Source: TPA_inf: Saccharomyces
Lineage: Eukaryota
DNA: 64,000 nt
Reading direction: 5' to 3'
Assembly: GCA_000146045.2 (NCBI GenBank)
Contig: BK006941.2
Span: forward strand, 704,001 to 768,000
Both the position numbers and the translations under genes were made by a program. The notes beneath the pieces were generated by a model. That model did not search any database and had not been told where the DNA came from. It was given only the letters and a program-made list of their open reading frames with translations. Positions 56,701 through 64,000 of the stretch are shown piece after piece. Position 1 is the stretch's first letter. Every line of letters begins with the position of its first letter.

Positions 56701-57138
56701 ACCAAATCAGAATGCACTTTTGAGCTTCAAACTTTACTGATGACATGGATTGGCATCCTTCCTGAAGCCAAAGATTTATTCTTTAAGATCAAGACAAGGC
56801 TCGCCATGGAAGAAGAGGATAGTGCCGATACTATGCAGCATGAGGGCAGGAAGAACTCTGACATAGAGAAGAAGCTAAACGCTAAGCCAGCTTCTGAACT
56901 GAATCTGAAATTGTTAAACCTGTTTCCCTCAAAGCCTGCAAACAAAGACGATAGTTCCCCTATTAACACGTTGCGTAGTTTTATCGCTGATTACTCCTTC
57001 GACACCCAGGTGAACCCTCCAGGAAGAAGGGTGGTGTTCTACGATGGTAAGATTTTGCCATTGCCCAAAGCCGATAAGCCTATCCCACTTCATGAATATA
57101 TAACACTCGCAGAGCTCGATGTTGGAGACAGTGAGTGA
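53770..57138 (+). CDS. CAF130: CCR4-NOT complex associated factor, 1122 aa
   Basis: The ORF-track start at 53767 is GTG. The ATG at 53770 gives MTKKKAATNY.. Large ORF matching the ~130-kDa Caf130. Confidence 0.8.
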   Translation: MTKKKAATNYAERQNLASEDSSGDSVHFKDFIPLQELLKDKNYVPSVENLEKILYNETMFNDQKICSNLLLEALIITLFTTISGKSALRLIQTSSLKERKSWAQSFENNSSSYASIVLSWKDNDILLLKFLRFLLANKTAPLQINRYNLPEYKLPLSFLIVSKITIPSILLNETYNLLKDYLYSITGRIESLISCSSTFDKPALVVRKILKDYNRMIECRNFYFWYSFNAENRVNLTFSDNISLLMENDEGNAGSGLDDSRFDHQKQPREAIMGRTINDQEQIYSFELNQDGTLEIPNVMEHSLLRHELLFKILNLTTVLTPLLELQFSTLCGLVDPLMQPTPNDKHIISIDFLFQLFLGLMSQSIKTSQEHNDHYDWKFYMCFNMQKIIDATMLRLNCFDFDILNSVNNTDNAVHWKTQLHRWLPHGLNTQDLELLYMIDILAVYTIYKLYEKIPIQLNPFLFSLISLWKNLSCVILLALEIDRIEEENGTYETPLMVRATIRGAAALRSVIATVLNGLVKNNDHDFKHESLNTFMSPYGRKLCHGALYADLRSHTASLLALGASIEDVTDLFADLQSGDRFDEDIRYMFDYECEDYDESFSESDHGGLDESVVNPTEKIASGSNNVFFRRRCNCIFNDDKLVAEDGANEAFGSTNSENVEGAMHNNRNAVHNATTATSDHVVTSPNPLSVRSRSTFEFDYSGEDWRDVPRDFNMYYSPSYSFIHEPKLDVIFSLTLRGATEKLNKEESILLVRSVASCVRNEQDQMILADLESNFSASINGDVEGEGNTKMSKIDNEDLRRTTPDDIYEIWSEESAFERMLNVNHDVAWRLMDEMLMCTGYRRILIWFLTHLELKHSLIYYVFELIMGLRGKPFSGEASDQDKKDDMIYEILKKKQKNEDASGLPFSRQGPIVLSDIETKMLLQEFFMNAAIFLSSKNNEEENEDGEKISLYSLGLVRLICYMVQTLIANDKFFFTKSECTFELQTLLMTWIGILPEAKDLFFKIKTRLAMEEEDSADTMQHEGRKNSDIEKKLNAKPASELNLKLLNLFPSKPANKDDSSPINTLRSFIADYSFDTQVNPPGRRVVFYDGKILPLPKADKPIPLHEYITLAELDVGDSE

Positions 57139-57391
57139 GCAGTGAATTGCTCATGTTTTCTCTGCATCCTCATTTAATGACAATTAGCCATGTAATAACA
57201 TCTTGAGGCAGTTAAATATTCGTTACCCTGCAGGTGGCAAAAAATTTATAGAATAAAAGCATAAAAAGATGGATATCTATGTAATAAGGAAACATTGGCA
57301 GAGCGAAGAGAACAGACTGCTTTCTATAAAAAGTTTTCGATCAGTCTCTATTTTAATAATTGATTATTGGATATAGTTAGTAGTGTTAAAC

Positions 57392-58168
57392 ATGGGTTCC
57401 AGAAGATACGATTCCAGGACAACAATTTTCTCCCCTGAGGGACGTCTATATCAGGTTGAATACGCGCTAGAATCCATTTCACATGCAGGTACCGCAATTG
57501 GGATTATGGCATCTGATGGGATTGTTCTTGCAGCAGAACGCAAAGTCACAAGTACTTTACTAGAACAAGACACCTCTACCGAAAAACTTTATAAGTTAAA
57601 CGATAAAATTGCGGTTGCCGTTGCTGGACTGACTGCAGATGCAGAAATTCTAATAAATACGGCTAGAATTCACGCTCAAAATTACCTTAAAACCTATAAT
57701 GAAGATATACCAGTAGAAATTTTGGTGAGAAGGCTAAGTGATATAAAACAAGGTTACACGCAACATGGTGGTTTAAGACCATTTGGTGTGTCCTTTATCT
57801 ACGCCGGTTATGACGATAGATACGGTTACCAATTGTATACATCTAATCCATCGGGAAACTATACAGGGTGGAAGGCTATTAGTGTTGGCGCTAACACATC
57901 AGCAGCACAAACCCTACTTCAAATGGACTACAAGGATGATATGAAAGTCGATGATGCCATTGAACTGGCTTTAAAAACGTTATCCAAAACTACCGACAGT
58001 AGCGCGCTGACTTATGACAGGTTGGAATTTGCTACTATCAGAAAGGGTGCTAATGACGGAGAAGTGTATCAGAAGATTTTCAAGCCTCAAGAGATAAAGG
58101 ATATATTGGTAAAGACTGGTATTACCAAGAAGGATGAAGACGAAGAAGCTGATGAAGATATGAAATAA
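57392..58168 (+). CDS. PRE9: 20S proteasome alpha-3 subunit, 258 aa
   Basis: The ORF-track start is GTG. The ATG at 57392 gives MGSRRYDSRTTIFSPEGRLYQVEYA.., the proteasome alpha-subunit signature. Confidence 0.9.
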   Translation: MGSRRYDSRTTIFSPEGRLYQVEYALESISHAGTAIGIMASDGIVLAAERKVTSTLLEQDTSTEKLYKLNDKIAVAVAGLTADAEILINTARIHAQNYLKTYNEDIPVEILVRRLSDIKQGYTQHGGLRPFGVSFIYAGYDDRYGYQLYTSNPSGNYTGWKAISVGANTSAAQTLLQMDYKDDMKVDDAIELALKTLSKTTDSSALTYDRLEFATIRKGANDGEVYQKIFKPQEIKDILVKTGITKKDEDEEADEDMK

Positions 58169-58427
58169 GGTTGGAAAGTATTGTTTGACTTCATGCTTAT
58201 ATAAATATGTACGCATAGAAACATATCTCTAAAATTAAAAGTGAAAGAAAAAAATCGCTAAGATTCCCCTTTCGGGGGAAGGCTGAAGAAACTTTTTTTT
58301 GCGCAAATTTCAAGATCGGAATCGCTCGAGAGGCAAATATAAAAAAGGGCCTGCTCGTTTGGCCTACTTGTTGTTGGATTCTAACTCCAATCTAATTTTG
58401 GCAGCACTTCAAAAATAAACAAAAGCG

Positions 58428-59153
58428 ATGTCTGCGTCACTAGTGAATCGATCATTGAAAAATATAAGGAATGAATTAGAATTTTTGAAGGAATCAAACG
58501 TCATATCAGGCGACATTTTCGAATTAATCAATAGCAAGTTACCTGAGAAATGGGATGGAAACCAAAGATCGCCCCAAAATGCAGATACAGAAGAGTACGT
58601 TGAAGCTTTATATGATTTTGAAGCTCAACAAGATGGAGATTTGTCATTGAAAACAGGTGATAAAATACAAGTTTTAGAGAAGATTTCTCCAGATTGGTAT
58701 AGAGGCAAGTCAAATAATAAGATCGGAATATTCCCTGCAAATTATGTGAAACCTGCTTTCACGAGATCAGCCTCACCTAAATCTGCGGAAGCTGCTTCAA
58801 GCTCGACTGTTTCTCGTCCCAGTGTTCCACCTCCATCATACGAACCAGCCGCATCACAGTATCCTTCACAGCAGGTTTCAGCACCTTATGCACCTCCAGC
58901 CGGTTATATGCAAGCTCCGCCTCCACAGCAACAGCAGGCGCCTTTACCATATCCTCCACCTTTCACTAATTACTATCAACAGCCTCAGCAACAGTACGCA
59001 CCACCTTCACAGCAAGCACCGGTGGAAGCACAACCGCAACAGAGCAGTGGGGCTAGTAGTGCCTTCAAGAGTTTTGGTAGCAAATTGGGAAATGCTGCTA
59101 TATTTGGCGCTGGTTCTGCTATTGGTAGTGATATTGTCAACAGCATTTTTTAG
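58428..59153 (+). CDS. LSB1: SH3-domain protein (Las17-binding), 241 aa, with a P/Q-rich C-terminus
   Basis: SH3 fold (ALYDFEAQQDGDLSLKTGDKIQVLEKISPDWYRGKSNNKIGIFPANYV) followed by a PPxY/polyQ tail. Confidence 0.85.
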   Translation: MSASLVNRSLKNIRNELEFLKESNVISGDIFELINSKLPEKWDGNQRSPQNADTEEYVEALYDFEAQQDGDLSLKTGDKIQVLEKISPDWYRGKSNNKIGIFPANYVKPAFTRSASPKSAEAASSSTVSRPSVPPPSYEPAASQYPSQQVSAPYAPPAGYMQAPPPQQQQAPLPYPPPFTNYYQQPQQQYAPPSQQAPVEAQPQQSSGASSAFKSFGSKLGNAAIFGAGSAIGSDIVNSIF

Positions 59154-59761
59154 TATTCTGTCACGAAATATTTGTTTCAGTGATTTAAACTTACCCAATG
59201 ATTTTCGTAGCTTGAAAGAGAGAAAAACTCATACAGAATACGGATATGTGATGGTTGCTTAACGTAAAGAGCTCCAGCAGGATTTTTGAGTTGCATAATG
59301 TCAATTAGCGTGTTGATTATCCCGCGCTTGAAATTATTATGTAGTACACTATAGATGTATGTACACACATATACATGGAATAAAAAGTTAAATGTGATAC
59401 TGAGAACATTATTTGAAAACAAGAGACATTGGCCACGAGGAGTGTAGCGGCAATTACAATAATGTTAAAATTTAAAGGTGCAACTGTGTCGTCTTCGAAT
59501 AAGCAGGCTTTATGTGAGAAATAACGGTGTATGACTTCAGGAAGAGTAGCAAGAGCGATCTTGATATTCAGAAGCTGCAAAACAATAATACTTTGATATT
59601 TCGTTAAAGAGTATGTAGAAATGTCCGACGTTTTTTTGAGAAGTTCCTAATATAAAATATTAAAAATTAATTTTTCAGAATATATGTGGAAATTTGTTAT
59701 TTTTGTATCGTATATATGAATGACTAGAACATCATTATTTTTACCGGAAACTTGCACCAGC

Positions 59762-61606
59762 TTACATCTCAACACTGTCGATGGAATAGTCCTTCTTGGA
59801 CAACTTATGTCTCAAGCCCTTACCCCAGTAAGAAAATGCAAAAGGTAAAGCAATCATAGCAGTGGAGATGAAAGCCAACAACCAAGAACCCCAGTGCAAA
59901 TTCAATTTGTGGTACATTTGAATGGTAAACAAGGGGAAGGCAGCACCACCGGCGGATCTTAAGAAAACCTTTGTAGCCAGAGCACTGGATGCGTATTGGA
60001 CGTAGCAATCAATAATGTAATTATTCAATGAATAATAAATCAACACCATACCGAAACCAAAAGCTAAACCAGCTGAAGCTGGACCAACCCAAATAATATG
60101 TTTATAAGCGGTAGCACCCAGGATCCATAGAGCAATTGCAGCAAATGGAGCACCGATCTTAGCACCTAGCAAACGATCTTCAGGAGTAGGTTTACGCTGT
60201 TTGACAATTTGTAAATATTTGTTTTCACAGTAGAAAGTTGTGGCTAACGCCCAAAGAGCACCGATAACAATAGGAATAAACATTAAACCCACAAGGTTAT
60301 CTTTGTAGCCATATAGTTCACCGAAAATGACAGGGAAGGCAAAGAAGAACGCATATAGTAGAGAGTAAATCAAACACACGTAGAAACAAGTGGCAACTAG
60401 AACAGGTTCAGTGACAGCGAAGTACAAAGGTCTCAACAGACAAGCCCTCATCATTTCACTCATACTGACACCTTGCGCTTCCTGCTCAGTCATAATCTTG
60501 GGATTACCAGTTTCCTTTCTTAATCTAGCAGCCTTTCTCTTCAAGATAACTGGAGCGTACGTTTCTGGGATGGCAGAAGATATGATCCACATAACACCTG
60601 CAAAGGCCATATTGACCCAGAAAATCAGGTCCATACGTCCGGTAGAAACGGAAATAAAACCGTTAACTAGTGGACCAACAACGGGACCAACGTAAGGAGC
60701 AAAAGCGAAGAAAGCAATAGCCTTACCTCTTGTTTCACTTGGGAACATATCGGCAATAGACCCACCAACTAAACACAAACCAGATGATGACCAAACACCA
60801 CATAAAAATCTACAAGCTAAAAGACAACCTAGATTTGGAGCTAAGGCGCAAGGGATATTGAAGATGACATAAAGACCCATAGAAACAAAGTAAGCAACTC
60901 TTCTACCGTAAAGATCACTAACAGGAGACCAAATCAAAGGACCCAGCGAGAACCCAATAACCATTAAAGAACATGATAAAATAGCGGCTTCCATACCTAC
61001 ATGGTATTTCTTTTCAACGGTTCCCAACCCACCACTGATACAAGCAGAACCGTAGGCAACGCAAATAACTAAGATGGACAACAGGACAGTGTAACTCCAA
61101 CGAACCCATGAGGGCCAATTGTGAGGGTTTTCTGGATCACCAGTAACAAAAGTAACGAATTCGATCTCTGGATCTAGCTCGTTTTCACCGCTCTGGTCTT
61201 CACGTTCTTCAGTTTCTTCCTCTTCCATTTCTTCTTTACCTGTGGATGAGGAATTGGTAGCGGTACGGTTCAATTGCTTTGTTCTAGTACGAGATAAGGC
61301 AGAGGCGGTTCTACCCATAGATTGTAAGGTAGCCACTGGAACCAGCCCAGATGGTGTTTCCATGGTATATTCTTCAGGGAAAATGTTATTCTTAGCAGTT
61401 TGTGGCGCATTGATATCAGGCACTGGGGCGGCTGAAGTGACACCTAAATCTTGTAAAGACTTGACGGTCTCAGTCTTAGTTAACTTAAGTTGATTTGCAC
61501 GAGAGTTGGTTTTTGAGGGGACATACTGTTGAGGTTGTTGGCCCTCAACGTCCACCATGGAAGTGTTTTGTGAGTTGAATGAAACAACAGATTCTTGATC
61601 ACTCAT
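59762..61606 (-). CDS. TPO2: MFS (DHA1) polyamine/drug:H+ antiporter, 614 aa
   Basis: Complete ATG ORF with 12 transmembrane segments and MFS motifs. The hydrophilic N-terminus begins MSDQESVVSF.. Confidence 0.85.
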   Translation of the reverse strand: MSDQESVVSFNSQNTSMVDVEGQQPQQYVPSKTNSRANQLKLTKTETVKSLQDLGVTSAAPVPDINAPQTAKNNIFPEEYTMETPSGLVPVATLQSMGRTASALSRTRTKQLNRTATNSSSTGKEEMEEEETEEREDQSGENELDPEIEFVTFVTGDPENPHNWPSWVRWSYTVLLSILVICVAYGSACISGGLGTVEKKYHVGMEAAILSCSLMVIGFSLGPLIWSPVSDLYGRRVAYFVSMGLYVIFNIPCALAPNLGCLLACRFLCGVWSSSGLCLVGGSIADMFPSETRGKAIAFFAFAPYVGPVVGPLVNGFISVSTGRMDLIFWVNMAFAGVMWIISSAIPETYAPVILKRKAARLRKETGNPKIMTEQEAQGVSMSEMMRACLLRPLYFAVTEPVLVATCFYVCLIYSLLYAFFFAFPVIFGELYGYKDNLVGLMFIPIVIGALWALATTFYCENKYLQIVKQRKPTPEDRLLGAKIGAPFAAIALWILGATAYKHIIWVGPASAGLAFGFGMVLIYYSLNNYIIDCYVQYASSALATKVFLRSAGGAAFPLFTIQMYHKLNLHWGSWLLAFISTAMIALPFAFSYWGKGLRHKLSKKDYSIDSVEM

Positions 61607-63428
61607 ATTTGTTTTGTGTATTATTTTTGTGATTAGTTATTAGATGGAATTAAAGGAAAAATATCAATGGACAAAAAATATTAGGGTGTAGAAATAAAGA
61701 ATAATAGCAGGGCTTTGATAAAAGAATGTATCAATTACTTTTTGAAATTAAAGTTAAAATTAAAATTCAAACCGAAAAAAAAAAAAAATTAAATATTAAA
61801 CTTGATATAGTAGGAGAAGGAAGTTGTATATTGTTCTCTATAAACACAAACAATAAAATGATATATTTGTTTTCTTATTTCTTCTTGATGTCTTCAGGAA
61901 AAAAGAACATAAACAAATACAAAAAAATCCTAGTACGAAACCTCAAAAGGGTGTATGCGCAATGTATATATATAGCAAGAAAAAAAAATAAACAGTGGCA
62001 TTACAGTGCATGCGGATGGCAGTGTTCTTCGGTGGCTTTTTCGAAAAACCTAGAATGCGTTTAAAAGACTCAGACACCTAAGCAGAATATGCGAATGACT
62101 CGTTCAGTAAAATGCGACGCGACAGTTTGTTTTCGTTCTGCGCTGCTGTGTTCTCTATTCTTTTGAGATGAATTTAACGGCTATGGAATCATCTCGAGAA
62201 ATCGGTTCTAGTAAGGCACCAAGACATTATGTCCCTCGGGAGGAGAAGGGCGCACGCGTCAGGCTTCCACGACGTCCGCCGTGCATGCGCTCTCGCATTT
62301 TTAAGGTTTAGTGCGGCAGGCGACTGCGCTGCGGCCAGCCCGTGAGACCACCCGAGGGAATTTGAGTAAGCGCGCCCATTGCGGGGTTTTTGCGGTTTGC
62401 GCTGTTTTCCGCACGAGGTTTCTCCGGACACAGTTAAGCAGTATATTTCACTCGGAAGCGCCGGAAAATTTTTTTAAGCGCAAATATATTCAGGTAAGCA
62501 GCAAAAAAATACTTTTTCCGGTGGCCCGTGATGTGTTTGTAACAGCTTCTGCGGTACTTTGGGCGGCTAAATGGCAAATAGATCAGGGGAAGGGTTTTTG
62601 CATAGGTACAAAATAACCGGATTTTGGGTAAGATTCGATCTTCGGCACTTGTGGCGAAGTAAAAGTGTTGAAAAAGTTCGCGTAATAATAGTGTTAGCCG
62701 TTTCAGCTTCGTCCATAAAGTACATATCCACAACTCTCATGGTGCGAAGTACAAACATTGAACGGCAGCTGTCTTGCTCAGCTAGTGGTATGTAAGCAGC
62801 CGCATTCTATTTTTATTTTCGTGCCTTTAAGTGTTAAAACCTGAGGCAGATTTTTTATTTTTTTGCATTCCCCTTCCTTTTTGCCGTAATGGCGCATTCA
62901 GTGCTGATATATTTATACTTCAATGGTGCTTCTCCTTACTTTTCTTATAGAAATAAACATCAAAACATGAACCTCAAATTCATCCGAAAATGACTGCGGC
63001 CACTCACCTTGCTTCTTCCCCACAAATATTTGTGTTCTCTGCTTTCTTTGTGTGTACTTTGTCTTGCTCTATATAACTTTCTCTCTGCTGCTGAGTCTTC
63101 AAATAGGTAGATTGATGCCTGTGGACTTTTATACAAAGGAGTTTGAGTGATTACATTCAAGATAAACGTGAAAAGTTATTATTATATCTTATGCTAAACA
63201 ACAGTGTAATTGCGTTTGTTAAGCACAATCTCAAAATAATGCGCTAACAGTGGTGCGCATACTGCCATTTGTTATGGGCTATAATCGGATAGTGTATTCT
63301 TCTTGTTTGGTTATGTATCTCAACATCCAGGTATCCGTTACCCCACTTTGATACCAGGAACCTTTCGCGTTTTCTCTCGCTTTTATTTTTTTACCGCATA
63401 CAAACAAACAAGAAAAAGTAGAAAACAT

Positions 63429-64000
63429 ATGAGATCATCGATTTTGTTTCTACTAAAATTGATGAAAATTATGGATGTTCAGCAACAGCAAGAAGCTATG
63501 TCATCAGAAGATAGGTTTCAGGAACTGGTGGACTCCCTAAAGCCAAGAACTGCGCATCAGTACAAGACCTACTATACTAAGTACATACAATGGTGTCAGC
63601 TCAATCAAATTATACCGACACCGGAGGACAATTCTGTAAATAGCGTCCCCTATAAAGACCTGCCAATATCTGCTGAACTGATACATTGGTTTTTGTTAGA
63701 TACATTAATAACCGATGATAAGCCTGGAGAGAAAAGAGAAGAGACTGAAGATCTTGATGAGGAGGAGGAGAATTCATTCAAGATCGCTACGTTGAAGAAA
63801 ATTATAGGCAGTCTCAATTTTTTGTCAAAATTGTGCAAAGTTCATGAAAATCCAAATGCTAATATAGACACAAAATACCTGGAGTCAGTCACCAAGCTTC
63901 ATACCCATTGGATAGATTCACAAAAGGCAATCACCACTAATGAAACAAATAACACAAATACTCAAGTGCTGTGTCCACCATTATTGAAAGTGTCTTTGAA
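63429..64000 (+). CDS. CBF2: Kinetochore CBF3 complex subunit Ndc10, N-terminal ~190 aa; continues beyond the window
   Basis: The ATG at 63429 is followed by [57 protein letters not shown].., open to the window edge. It is not in the ORF track because no stop falls within the window. Confidence 0.8.

Noticed and set aside
62189-62795. Five overlapping 63-101-aa ORFs between TPO2 and CBF2
   Set aside because: They overlap one another on both strands, have no protein-like composition, and coincide with a GC-rich block where stop codons are rare. They are treated as non-coding; see the finding on the GC-rich island.
1-64000. Possibility of a novel defence system, gene cluster or CRISPR array as hinted by the task
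   Set aside because: The sequence is a eukaryotic (yeast) nuclear chromosome with spliceosomal introns, tRNA genes with internal Pol III promoters and Ty elements. No direct-repeat/spacer arrays, operon-like co-oriented clusters or prokaryotic signatures are present. Every large ORF corresponds to a recognisable yeast gene.

Overview
This window reads as a continuous ~64 kb stretch of Saccharomyces cerevisiae nuclear DNA, most plausibly the right arm of chromosome VII (YGR108W to the 5' end of YGR140W). I found no previously undescribed biological system; the gene content is ordinary, well-characterised yeast chromosome. Locus and gene names are assigned from memory of the encoded protein sequences and gene order, not from a database search.

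Protein-coding genes, in order:
- CLB1: 3' part of a B-type cyclin, running off the left edge.
- CLB6: convergent with CLB1.
- CLD1, YGR111W, SHY1, DAM1, SPT6, YGR117C.
- RPS23A: two exons with a 319-nt intron.
- NUP57, COG2, MEP1, YGR122W, PPT1, ASN2, YGR125W, YGR126W, YGR127W, UTP8, SYF2, YGR130C, FHN1, PHB1, PEX4, CAF130, PRE9, LSB1, TPO2.
- CBF2/NDC10: 5' part only, running off the right edge.

RNA genes:
- Four tRNA genes: Cys-GCA, Asn-GUU, Arg-UCU and Ile-AAU.

Mobile elements:
- A complete Ty3 retrotransposon of 5351 bp, with identical 340-bp sigma LTRs and a 5-bp GAAAG target-site duplication, sitting 16 bp upstream of tRNA-Cys.
- A diverged solo sigma LTR 17 bp upstream of tRNA-Arg.
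- Several degenerate delta-type LTR remnants near the tRNA genes.

The supplied ORF track accepts TTG and GTG as start codons, so several of its ORFs are longer than the real genes; I moved those starts to the first in-frame ATG. The most worthwhile follow-ups are the Ty3 element and the tRNA-linked LTR remnants, an unusually GC-rich ~600-bp block of unexplained function between TPO2 and CBF2, and promoter motif clusters (MCB, Rap1, GATAA, GCRE) that match the known regulation of the adjacent genes.
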